A stretch of 64,000 bases of DNA, from positions 1,408,001 through 1,472,000 of the forward strand of contig OZ245365.1 of assembly GCA_965226495.1 (NCBI GenBank). The letters run 5' to 3'. Origin of the DNA: Candidatus Marinacidobacterales bacterium. GTDB lineage: Bacteria > Acidobacteriota > Vicinamibacteria > Marinacidobacterales > DATDRI01. Below the pieces are notes generated by a model. That model did not search any database. It was not told the origin of the DNA and saw only the letters and a list, made by a program, of their open reading frames with translations. Numbering within the stretch: position 1 is the first letter of the stretch; each line of letters opens with the position of its first letter. This document shows, one piece after another, positions 1 to 9,875 of the stretch. The position numbers and the translations under genes were made by a program.

Positions 1-856
1 AACCATCGGCCAGTATTCCTCCCTCCAGCCTTCGAATGAAGACCGGGCCTTGAACCGGCTCACGCGACACGGCCGAGGTGGCGGAAAGATCTCCGATCGA
101 TTCGATGGTAGTCACGAAGTAGCCGATGATCCACGGGAACAAGTAAACGGGATCGAAGGCAAGGCCGAACCGAAAGGGCATCGGCAGCATCGTCCATGGA
201 GCGGTTTCCGCCGCGGAAAGATCCACTCGGCCGAGCGCTAGCGCGAGCAGATATCCCGCCACCAGTCCGAGAGCGATCGAGCTCGTTCGTACGAAACCAC
301 CGCCGAACCGGTGTAACAAAAGTATCGTCGCCGCGACGAAGGCTCCGAGGGCCAAATTTGCACCGCTCCCGAGATCGGGAGCGCCGATGCCGCCGGCGAG
401 ATCGGTGATGCCCACTGCAATCAGGCTCAATCCAATGAGCATCACGACCGACCCGGTGACGACGGGCGGGAAGAGTCGGCGCGCCAAGCCAATGAATCGG
501 CTCAACACCATCTCGACGGGAGCCGCCGCCAGGGTCAGGCCGAGAATCAGCGGAAGCCCTCCTGCTTGTCCGGACTGGATCGCGAGAGGAACGAACGTGA
601 AGCTCGTGCCCTGTACGCTCAACAGTCCGGACCCGAGCGGGCCGAGCCGCTTGACTTGAATGAACGTTGTGACGCCCGAGGTGAAGAGCGCCATGCTAAC
701 AAAAAAGGCAGTCTCTGCTAGGGTGAGCTCGAGCGCACCCGCGATGATCAGGGGTGGTGTGACGATGCCCACGAACATGGCCAGTACGTGCTGGAGTCCG
801 CAGAGGAGCGTCGTGGCGAGATTGGGCTTGGCGTCGAGTGCGTAGAAGGGCGTCAT
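1..856 (-). CDS. Xanthine/uracil permease (NCS2 family), 3' end beyond window
   Basis: Manual translation of the minus strand from ATG at 856: MTPFYALDAKPNLATTLLCGLQHVLAMFVGIVTPPLII...FPPVVTGSVVMLIGLSL...ESIGD; QH motif and hydrophobic helices typical of NCS2. Confidence 0.88.
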   Translation of the reverse strand, partial: MTPFYALDAKPNLATTLLCGLQHVLAMFVGIVTPPLIIAGALELTLAETAFFVSMALFTSGVTTFIQVKRLGPLGSGLLSVQGTSFTFVPLAIQSGQAGGLPLILGLTLAAAPVEMVLSRFIGLARRLFPPVVTGSVVMLIGLSLIAVGITDLAGGIGAPDLGSGANLALGAFVAATILLLHRFGGGFVRTSSIALGLVAGYLLALALGRVDLSAAETAPWTMLPMPFRFGLAFDPVYLFPWIIGYFVTTIESIGDLSATSAVSREPVQGPVFIRRLEGGILADG

Positions 857-869
857 CGACGAACTGGAG

Positions 870-968
870 CCCTCACCCTACCCTCACCCAGAGGGAGAGG
901 GAATAACGGAAAAAGGCACGGTAGCGCCCTCACCCCGGCCCTCTCCCAAAGGGAGAGGGAGTAAAGGA
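870..968. repeat. Two tandem REP-like palindromic elements (CCCTCACCC..CCCTCTCCC-N3-GGGAGAGGG)
   Basis: Copies at about 870-910 and 927-968; related copies at 48062-48161, 62186-62270 and 62480-62523. Confidence 0.8.
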
Positions 969-980
969 GGAAAGGCACGA

Positions 981-2687
981 TCAATAGCCGGCGGCGTGGC
1001 CGTCCTTCCGTGACTCCGAAGCTCCATAGTAGACCTTGTTCTCGGGATCGAACCGAATGCCCTGGTAACCTCCGAACCCGCCGGGTCTTTCTTCGATTCG
1101 ATGGCCCATCTGCACGAGGTCCCTAAGCACCTCGGCTTCGACGCCGCTTTCCAACGAAAGCGCGCCGCCATCTCTCATTCTTTCTCCTGTGGGTTGAGAC
1201 GAGCCGTAGTGGCGGATTCTGGGGGCGTCGCCGGCCTCTTGCAGGTTCATGCCGAAGTCCACAATATTAATGACGATCTGCGCATGGCCTTGCGGTTGAA
1301 CGTCTCCTCCCATGACGCCGAAGCTCATGAAGGGCTGTCCATCTTTTGTGATGAAGGCTGGGATGATGGTGTGAAATGGGCGTTTGCGCGGCGCGTACGA
1401 GTTGAAGTGTCCCTCTTCTAAGTTGAAGAGCTCCCCGCGGTCCTGAAAGATGAATCCCAGTCCATCAGGAGAGAGGCCGGAGCCCAGTCCGCGATAGTTG
1501 CTCTGGATCAGTGAGACCATGTTGCCTTCGTCATCGGCAACGCTCAGATAGATGGTGTCTCCCGCATCCAAAGCCGGATTCCCCGGCGGGTAGCTTCTTC
1601 CGGCGCGGTTCGGGTCGAGGAGCTTGCGCCTTTCCGCGGCGTATTCTTTCGAGATCAACTGCTCGACGGGAATCTCGTTGAAGTCCGGGTCGGCATAGAA
1701 GCGGGCGCGGTCCTCGAAGGCGAGCTTCTTGGCTTCCGTGAAATGATGGATGTACTCCTTGCTTCCGAAGCCCATGCCCCGGATGTCATAGGCTTCCAAG
1801 ATATTGAGAATCTGAAGCGCGGCAATGCCTTGACCGTTGGGCGGGAGCTCCCAGACGTCGTAGCCCCGATAGTTCGTCGAGACGGGCTCGACCCAATCTG
1901 ATGTGTGACTTGCCATGTCTTCGTAGGAAAGGAAGCCCTCGTTTCTCTTCATGAAGGCGTCGATGGTCTTAGCGATCTCTCCCTTATAAAACACGTCCCG
2001 CCCGCCGTTCGCGATCTTTTCTAGTGTGTTCGCGAGGTACCGGTTCTGGAAGACCTCACCTTTGTTGGGAGCGCGGCCATTCGGCATGAACGTCTCTTTG
2101 AACCCCGGCCACTCTTGGAGAACGGGAACACTCGCTTGCCAGGCATTGGCAATGACCTCCGAAACCGGGAAGCCTTCTCGCGCGTATTGAATGGTCGGGG
2201 CGAGTATGGCCTTCATGGGAAGTTTTCCGAACTTCCCGTGTAGCTCGAACCAACCGTCCACCGCGCCGGGTACCGAGACCGGGAGCGGTCCGTAGGGAGG
2301 AACGTGAGTCAAACCGAGTTTCTTGAAATGCTCGAGCGTGAGCGAAGCGGGGGAACGACCGCTGGCGTTGAGCCCGTAGAGTTGTTTGGTTTTCGCATCC
2401 CAGACGATGGCGAACAGGTCCCCACCGATGCCGTTTCCGGTCGGCTCGACGAGGCCGAGCATCGCGTTGGCAGCAATCGCGGCATCGATCGCATTGCCTC
2501 CCAGCTTCAAGATGTCGATCGCAACTTGCGTTGCCAACGGTTGGCTCGTTGCCGCCATCCCGTGCCTGGCGATCACTTCCGATCGCGTGGCGAACGGCTT
2601 TCCGATTACGCGGTCACCTCCGAACATGAGCATGGGGGTCATGGGGATGGCAACCAATATGAGCGCCACGAACACAGCCGTTTTCAT
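981..2687 (-). CDS. ggt: Gamma-glutamyltransferase
   Basis: GGNAIDAAIA, GIGGDLF, autocleavage Thr in GDTIYLSV, GVMGGDVQPQGH, SESRKDG; N-terminal signal peptide. Confidence 0.93.
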   Translation of the reverse strand: MKTAVFVALILVAIPMTPMLMFGGDRVIGKPFATRSEVIARHGMAATSQPLATQVAIDILKLGGNAIDAAIAANAMLGLVEPTGNGIGGDLFAIVWDAKTKQLYGLNASGRSPASLTLEHFKKLGLTHVPPYGPLPVSVPGAVDGWFELHGKFGKLPMKAILAPTIQYAREGFPVSEVIANAWQASVPVLQEWPGFKETFMPNGRAPNKGEVFQNRYLANTLEKIANGGRDVFYKGEIAKTIDAFMKRNEGFLSYEDMASHTSDWVEPVSTNYRGYDVWELPPNGQGIAALQILNILEAYDIRGMGFGSKEYIHHFTEAKKLAFEDRARFYADPDFNEIPVEQLISKEYAAERRKLLDPNRAGRSYPPGNPALDAGDTIYLSVADDEGNMVSLIQSNYRGLGSGLSPDGLGFIFQDRGELFNLEEGHFNSYAPRKRPFHTIIPAFITKDGQPFMSFGVMGGDVQPQGHAQIVINIVDFGMNLQEAGDAPRIRHYGSSQPTGERMRDGGALSLESGVEAEVLRDLVQMGHRIEERPGGFGGYQGIRFDPENKVYYGASESRKDGHAAGY

Positions 2688-2795
2688 TCCGGGACTCCTT
2701 TCGATGTGAAGCCTGCCTGGTTAACACGCCTTGGCTCGCGATTGTAGGGGAGGGGAAGAGGCAGTTCAAGCCGGGGAAGTGGCTGTGGGCAACTG

Positions 2796-4145
2796 TTATT
2801 CCTCTCGTTTCGACTTCCACCAATCCCTTTCGCGCATAAGCAAAGCGCGAGCATATTCGGCGTGGGACCACATGAGCGGTAAGGCGAACTGAATGTAACC
2901 GCCCTCCGGATGCTTTCGGTCGGGGATCATGCATTTGGAGCCCGTCTCTTTGTAGGAGCGAGCCATGTTGTTCGCCTCTTCCAGGATGCAGTCGAAGTTG
3001 ACGTCCTTTCTGAGGATGGGTTTATGGAATTCTTTTGCGAAATCCTCACCCGGATCCCACTCTTTTTCCATGAACCACTCGAATCGTTTGCAGGTGGACA
3101 GATGCTCTGGGATCTCTCCTTTATCGTTCCTGTAGCGATCGATCGCGCTTAGGAGCTCGTCTCCCCGTTTCTTGTTGCCGCTCCAAAAATGGTACTGCGC
3201 CAGCACCGCGGTGTACTGGAGCCAGGGCCCGTTTCCTGCATGCACGTGGACCGCGAAATCATCGTAGAAAGGAAGATACCGCATGATCATCCCGAACTCG
3301 GGATCGGTCAATTGTTTCTCCATGTAGCTCACGCTCGTCTTCATCTGTTCCTTGTAGTGCAAGAACCCGAAATAAAAGGGGCTGAGGAGAGTGAAATCGG
3401 GACGTAGATCCATCGTTCCCTCTGGATTGATGCGACGGATGTAGCGGTCGCCGGTCATGAAGAGCTCACTAACGGAATGGAGGAACTGCTTGCGGAAATT
3501 CAGGTAGGCGGGTGATATTGCCTTCTGCTCGTCGTACAGAGTGGCGAGCTCATGGGCGAGCGAAAAGGCATAAAGAAACGCGAAATTGACCCAACACGTG
3601 TAGCCACTTTCCAGTGCGGACTCATGAATCGAGGTCGTCGAGTGAAATAGGTTGAGCTCCTTGTGATAAAGCTTCTCGATGCTATAAGTCAAGGCGTGGC
3701 GGATACTCTCGAGGAATTCATCGAGCTCCGGGACGTTCTTCTCCAGTCGGTTCGCGGCCAAGAGATAGTTCCCGATAATAGATACCCCGTGAGCGATGTT
3801 GTCTTCCTGCGCGTAAATGTGACGGCTTTCCCCGTCCGTGTGGTAACGCTGGCCCCAGCTCCCGTCTTCTTCTTGGACGTCCTTCATGAAATGTGCCATG
3901 GACTTCATGAGCTCGAAGGCATCGTCGGCGGCATCGTAACCGGCCGGTGAGCCTACGAGTCGGCGGAAGAGTTGCACAGCACAACTCGTGTCCCGTGGGT
4001 AGACGTACGGGTAGCGGGTCTCTGGAGGGGATGCCAATAACAGTCGGCCATATTTCTCGGAGGGCGCTGTACTCTTCAAGATGATTTTCATGTGCGCTGA
4101 CAGTTTGTCATTCAGTTCTTGGGTTTCTTTTTCTCGCCTGGACAT
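2796..4145 (-). CDS. Glycoside hydrolase family 15-like (glucoamylase-like) protein
   Basis: YPYVYPRD, GNGPW, GEIPEH and PLMWSHAEY motifs; start reassigned to ATG at 4145, which follows a GGAGG RBS. Confidence 0.75.
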   Translation of the reverse strand: MSRREKETQELNDKLSAHMKIILKSTAPSEKYGRLLLASPPETRYPYVYPRDTSCAVQLFRRLVGSPAGYDAADDAFELMKSMAHFMKDVQEEDGSWGQRYHTDGESRHIYAQEDNIAHGVSIIGNYLLAANRLEKNVPELDEFLESIRHALTYSIEKLYHKELNLFHSTTSIHESALESGYTCWVNFAFLYAFSLAHELATLYDEQKAISPAYLNFRKQFLHSVSELFMTGDRYIRRINPEGTMDLRPDFTLLSPFYFGFLHYKEQMKTSVSYMEKQLTDPEFGMIMRYLPFYDDFAVHVHAGNGPWLQYTAVLAQYHFWSGNKKRGDELLSAIDRYRNDKGEIPEHLSTCKRFEWFMEKEWDPGEDFAKEFHKPILRKDVNFDCILEEANNMARSYKETGSKCMIPDRKHPEGGYIQFALPLMWSHAEYARALLMRERDWWKSKREE

Positions 4146-4290
4146 GGTCTTCCTCCGCCTCCGGCCGGAGTATAGACCCAAACGCGCATAGGGGAGAATC
4201 GAGTGTCCGCTTTCGAAGGATAGAGTTCCCAGGGGCGGACAGCGCTTTGCGGCAGAAGGGCTGTTTTGCTGCGAATAGGCGGAGTTTGCG

Positions 4291-4306
4291 TGGCACATAG
4301 TTTGCT
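4291..4306 (+). promoter_or_regulatory. Sigma-54 (-24/-12) promoter
   Basis: TGGCACATAGTTTGCT matches TGGCAC-N5-TTGCW with the exact GG-N10-GC spacing, 40 bp upstream of the ATG at 4346. Confidence 0.7.
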
Positions 4307-4345
4307 CTTCTGCGAACGGTAGCAGTAGGTGACGAGGAGGTTCCC

Positions 4346-4819
4346 ATGGGCAAACCGGAGCGTGTGCGGGATGTGGTCGCGGGACTTCCAAGCCCGGAGT
4401 ACGTGACCGAAAAAGCAGAGGAAGGTTGGAGGCTTGTAGGGGTCGAGTGGGAACGCGAGGCTCTAGAAAGCGAGCAAGAGACCGGCGGCGTCAATCGCGT
4501 CAGGCACGTCAGGGAAGAGATACCCTTCGGTCTCAAAGTTTCCAAAGATTGTCTCCATCTGGAGGAAGATCCGACTGAAACGGAGACCCTCCTGCTCGTC
4601 CTGGAGATGATCGTCGAGGACAAAACAATGTCGGAAGTCGCGGATGAGTTGAATCGACGGAGTCTCAAGACCCGCCGCGGTTCTGAATGGACCCAGCCGT
4701 CGGTTTTTGCTCTCTTGCCGCGCGTCATCGAGGTGGCCCCGCGCATCTTCTCGAGCGAGGAATGGGTTACGAGGAAGGTAGCGTCTTACCCGCTTCATAA
4801 CGGCAACTCTGCCGATTGA
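4346..4819 (+). CDS. Stand-alone recombinase-type DNA-binding domain protein (no catalytic resolvase domain)
   Basis: Strong RBS GAGGAGG; IPFGL...EVADELNRRSLKTRRGSEWTQPSV resembles the recombinase domain of large serine recombinases. Confidence 0.65.
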   Translation: MGKPERVRDVVAGLPSPEYVTEKAEEGWRLVGVEWEREALESEQETGGVNRVRHVREEIPFGLKVSKDCLHLEEDPTETETLLLVLEMIVEDKTMSEVADELNRRSLKTRRGSEWTQPSVFALLPRVIEVAPRIFSSEEWVTRKVASYPLHNGNSAD

Positions 4820-4873
4820 CGCCCAAAACTCCAGATTTGCGTTCGTCATTCCTTAGGCCTACCATCATGGTCC

Positions 4874-5752
4874 ATGTCTCCAGCGGTCCTTTCGAAGGAA
4901 AACGGCCCACCGTCGTCCCGTCCAGCGCTGAGTGTCGTTCTCATCACCCACAATGCAGCGGCGCTTCTCGAACGAACCGTCGCGGCGGTGTCCTGGGCCG
5001 ATGAGATTCTGGTTGTAGATTCAGGCTCGACGGATCACACCCGCGAGCTCGCGACGCGGTTGGGTGTCACTGTCCTTCTACAGCCCGAGTGGAAGGGCTT
5101 CGGTTACCAAAAGAACTTCGCGCTTGCTCACGCCAACGGGGTCTGGATCCTTCTCCTCGATGCCGATGAGGTGGTGGATCCGACGCTGGCGGGAGAGATC
5201 CAGCGGGTAACGAGGACTCTTGGAGAAACGACCGGATACACCATGGAACGCGTTAACTATTTTTGCGGAGTCCGACTCAGATTCGGTGGATCACGGCCTG
5301 TTCACATCCCGCGACTGTTTCAGAACGGGCGCGGTGTAGTCTCGGAAGACGTCGTCCACGAGCACGTCATCATCGATGGACCGGTGGGACGTCTAAAAGG
5401 GGCCCTGCATCACTACACTACCGACTCCGTGACCGCCCGCGTTCGAAAGGACGACGAGTACTCGAACATCATCTCGCGCGTGCGTTTCCAGGCCGGTCGC
5501 CGGGTGAGTTTCTGGCAGCTCTTGTTCATCATGCCCGCGGTGGTGTTTCGAGACCTCTTCCTCCGGTTGGGAATACTCGATGGCAAGACAGGAATCATCG
5601 TGACTGCGATCGCCGCCTTCTACGCCTTCAGCAAGTACGCGAAGCTCTGGGAGCTTCAGCAACGAGAGGCGAAGGGGAAGACCATGGTCATGAGTGAGTC
5701 GACGACCCCGCCGGCCGAGAGACGGGCACATGTTTCCGAAAGTGCTCCATAA
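4874..5752 (+). CDS. Glycosyltransferase family 2 (LPS beta-1,4-glucosyltransferase-like)
   Basis: VVDSGSTD, QKNFAL, LLDADE, VHE, LDG and KYAKL motifs. Confidence 0.88.
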   Translation: MSPAVLSKENGPPSSRPALSVVLITHNAAALLERTVAAVSWADEILVVDSGSTDHTRELATRLGVTVLLQPEWKGFGYQKNFALAHANGVWILLLDADEVVDPTLAGEIQRVTRTLGETTGYTMERVNYFCGVRLRFGGSRPVHIPRLFQNGRGVVSEDVVHEHVIIDGPVGRLKGALHHYTTDSVTARVRKDDEYSNIISRVRFQAGRRVSFWQLLFIMPAVVFRDLFLRLGILDGKTGIIVTAIAAFYAFSKYAKLWELQQREAKGKTMVMSESTTPPAERRAHVSESAP

Positions 5753-5754
5753 AT

Positions 5755-6570
5755 CTAGACCATCCCGCCGTTCGGCGAAAGACACTGCCCGGTGATGTAG
5801 GCGGCGTCGTCCGACGCCAGAAAAAGCGCGCTGGCGGCGATGTCCTCTGCGGTCGCCCAGCGTCCCATCGGTATGCGTCTGAGGGAGCTTGCTTTGACCG
5901 GAGCCGAGATGTGGGCGGTCATGGGGGTCTCCACGAAACCGGGAGCGATGGCGTTCACTCGAATGTTCCAAGCGCCGACTTCCCGAGCCACGGAGCGCGT
6001 CAAGCCCAAGACCCCGGCTTTAGCGGCCGAGTAGTGAGGTGCATCGGGGAGCCCCACGATTGCCGCGGTGCTGGACATGTTGATGATCGCTCCTCCGTTT
6101 TGGCGTTTCATCGGCTCTAGTGTTGCGCGCGTGCAGAAGAAGGCCCCATCGAGGTGCACCTGCATCATCCGTCGCCAGGTGTTGTCACTCATCTCTGCGG
6201 TGACGTTCCAGTGAGTCTCGATCTCTTTGCCAGCGGCGAGCTCTGCGAGACGAGACTCGGCAATGCGATTGAGCTCGGGCCATCTCTCGGGCGGTTCGGC
6301 GATTCCAGCGTTGTTGACCAGGATGTCCAGTCTACCCAAGCGTCTCGCCACTTCCTCGAACATGCGCGCAACCTCGTCACTGTTCGATACGTCGGCGGCT
6401 AGAGCGTGTCCTCGAGATTGCTCGATCTCATCGAGAGTCCGTTCCGCGTCAGCCAAACGCAAATCGTTCACGACGACGATGGCTCCTTCTCGAGCGAATG
6501 CTATCGAGATGGCTCGGCCGATACCCGAACCGCCCCCAGTAACCAGCGCTACGCGATTCTCTAGTTTCAT
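5755..6570 (-). CDS. SDR family oxidoreductase (FabG-like)
   Basis: TGGGSGIG, NNAG, YSAAK and VNAIAPG motifs. Confidence 0.9.
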   Translation of the reverse strand: MKLENRVALVTGGGSGIGRAISIAFAREGAIVVVNDLRLADAERTLDEIEQSRGHALAADVSNSDEVARMFEEVARRLGRLDILVNNAGIAEPPERWPELNRIAESRLAELAAGKEIETHWNVTAEMSDNTWRRMMQVHLDGAFFCTRATLEPMKRQNGGAIINMSSTAAIVGLPDAPHYSAAKAGVLGLTRSVAREVGAWNIRVNAIAPGFVETPMTAHISAPVKASSLRRIPMGRWATAEDIAASALFLASDDAAYITGQCLSPNGGMV

Positions 6571-6586
6571 GCTGCCACCCCCCCCC

Positions 6587-6632
6587 AAAAAAAAAGAGCC
6601 CCGACCGGCTCCTTCCAGAGCGGGTCGGGGCT
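6587..6632 (-). terminator. Rho-independent terminator of the groE operon
   Basis: AGCCCCGACC/GGTCGGGGCT stem followed by T9 on the minus strand, just after groEL. Confidence 0.85.
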
Positions 6633-6658
6633 AAGGGTGATACGTCGAGACTGGACCT

Positions 6659-8326
<1,668 letters not shown>

Positions 8327-8388
8327 CTACCTCCTGATATATGTGATGGTGGGTTGGCGCGCCCGAAGGGTGCGCGAGGACCCGCCGG

Positions 8389-8679
8389 TTACTCGAGAAT
8401 TCCGAGTACCTCGTCTTCTCTGACGATAAGATACTCGACATCTTCCAGTTTAATTTCAGAGCCGGAATACTTTCCGACTAGAACTTTGTCGCCAACTTTG
8501 ACTTCCAGCGGAACCTTTTGTCCGTCTTTCAGCACCCGGCCTGAGCCCACCGCGATAACTTCCGCAGTCAAGGGCTTTTCCTTGGCGCTGTCGGGGATGA
8601 TGATGGATCCCACTTTTTTCTCTTCCTTATCCTCGAGACGCTTAACAACGATGTTTTCTTTGATGGGTGTGATCTTCAT
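8389..8679 (-). CDS. groS: Co-chaperonin GroES
   Basis: IIIPDSAKEKP, VKVGDKV; directly upstream of groEL. Confidence 0.98.
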   Translation of the reverse strand: MKITPIKENIVVKRLEDKEEKKVGSIIIPDSAKEKPLTAEVIAVGSGRVLKDGQKVPLEVKVGDKVLVGKYSGSEIKLEDVEYLIVREDEVLGILE

Positions 8680-8740
8680 TGTCTAGTTCTTCCTCCTTTT
8701 GCAGTGAAATGCGAACGGCCCTGCAGGGTTTTCTTGCGGC

Positions 8741-9187
8741 TCAGCCGCCGATGGGAATGTGCTTGCTGTTTTTGTCGACCTGCTTGGGCATGATGACCAT
8801 CAGGATGCCGTCCTTGAACTCGGCCTTGACCTTCTCGGAGTCAATTGTTGTGGGTAGCGTAAAGGTCCGGTTGAACGGGCCGAAGGCTCGTTCCATTCGA
8901 TGGAACTGTTCCTGATGGATCGCCTCTTTCATGCGCCGCTCGCCCTTGAGCGAGATCCGGTTGCTGTCGATACGAAGCTCGATGTCACTTTGATCGACAT
9001 CTGGCAGCTCGGCCTTCAACACCAGGCTCTCCTGGGACTCGTAAAGATCGACCGGGGGAGACCAGGTACCAACTCCGGACACTTCCGTTTGGGAGCGAGT
9101 GCGAGAGAAGGTCTGATCGAACAACCGGTTCATACGCTCTTGGAGCGCAACTAGCTCACGAAACGGATCCCAGTGGGCGACGGGCAT
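8741..9187 (-). CDS. Hsp20/alpha-crystallin small heat shock protein
   Basis: WDPFREL, WSPPVD, ERAFGPFNRTFTLP, AEFKDGIL. Confidence 0.95.
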   Translation of the reverse strand: MPVAHWDPFRELVALQERMNRLFDQTFSRTRSQTEVSGVGTWSPPVDLYESQESLVLKAELPDVDQSDIELRIDSNRISLKGERRMKEAIHQEQFHRMERAFGPFNRTFTLPTTIDSEKVKAEFKDGILMVIMPKQVDKNSKHIPIGG

Positions 9188-9218
9188 AATTATCGCGTTG
9201 CTTATTTTGGTTATTGGG

Positions 9219-9245
9219 TTAGCACTCGCGGTGTGCGAGTGCTAA
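9219..9245. promoter_or_regulatory. CIRCE element (HrcA operator)
   Basis: Perfect TTAGCACTC-N9-GAGTGCTAA upstream of hsp20-groES-groEL. Confidence 0.97.
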
Positions 9246-9253
9246 CAGGCCGT

Positions 9254-9282
9254 ATCGTAGCGACTGCCTTAGCCGTTGTCAA
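9254..9282 (-). promoter_or_regulatory. Sigma-70 promoter of the hsp20-groE operon
   Basis: TTGACA-N17-TACGAT on the minus strand, immediately upstream of CIRCE. Confidence 0.85.
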
Positions 9283-9404
9283 GCAAAAAGCTTAGTGGCT
9301 TTGATTTAGATCAGGAGCGCCCCTTTTCGAGCTATTCTACTGATAGTAAAGGACATAATTGGCGTGGCAACAGGTCGGTTTTCTGGCTGGGGAACCGAGC
9401 CTCA

Positions 9405-9433
9405 TTGACAGCTAGCTTCACCTAGCCCATAGT
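9405..9433 (+). promoter_or_regulatory. Sigma-70 promoter of archease-rtcB (probably leaderless mRNA)
   Basis: TTGACA-N17-CATAGT ending 8 nt before the GTG start at 9442; no Shine-Dalgarno in between. Confidence 0.65.
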
Positions 9434-9441
9434 CTGTTTCG

Positions 9442-9855
9442 GTGCCCTACCGAGTGCTGGACCACACGGCCGACTATATGGTCGAGGTCGCGGCGGAAGG
9501 AAAGCCGGAGCTCTTCTCCGAGGCCGCGAGAGCCCTTTTCGACATCATCACCGATTTGGAAACGGTAGAACCGCGGGAATCGGTCTCGCTCAGCGTCGAA
9601 GCCGAAAGCAGCGAAGAGCTCCTAGTGTCATGGCTCACCGAGCTTCTCTTTCTGTATGAGGACCAAGGATGGTTGTTTTCTCGATTCGATCCAAGGCTAG
9701 TGGGAGATCATCGGTTCGAAGCCGAGGCGTGGGGTGAGAAGCTCGATCCCGAGCGCCATCCCATTGATCGAGAGGTGAAGGGGGTGACGTACCATCGTAT
9801 GGCATTGGTGAGGCAGGGAAAACTCCTCAAGACGACGATCGTTTTCGATCTCTGA
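9442..9855 (+). CDS. Archease (RtcB activator)
   Basis: DHTAD at the N-terminus, EVKGVTYH, and C-terminal FDL; adjacent to rtcB. Confidence 0.95.
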   Translation: MPYRVLDHTADYMVEVAAEGKPELFSEAARALFDIITDLETVEPRESVSLSVEAESSEELLVSWLTELLFLYEDQGWLFSRFDPRLVGDHRFEAEAWGEKLDPERHPIDREVKGVTYHRMALVRQGKLLKTTIVFDL

Positions 9856-9875
9856 AGCGTTCGAAAGGATACGCG

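Noticed and set aside
2796-4145. Functional link between the GH15-like gene and the GH13_18 phosphorylase (compatible-solute pathway)
   Set aside because: They are 31 kb apart, with no synthase genes or shared regulatory motif visible.
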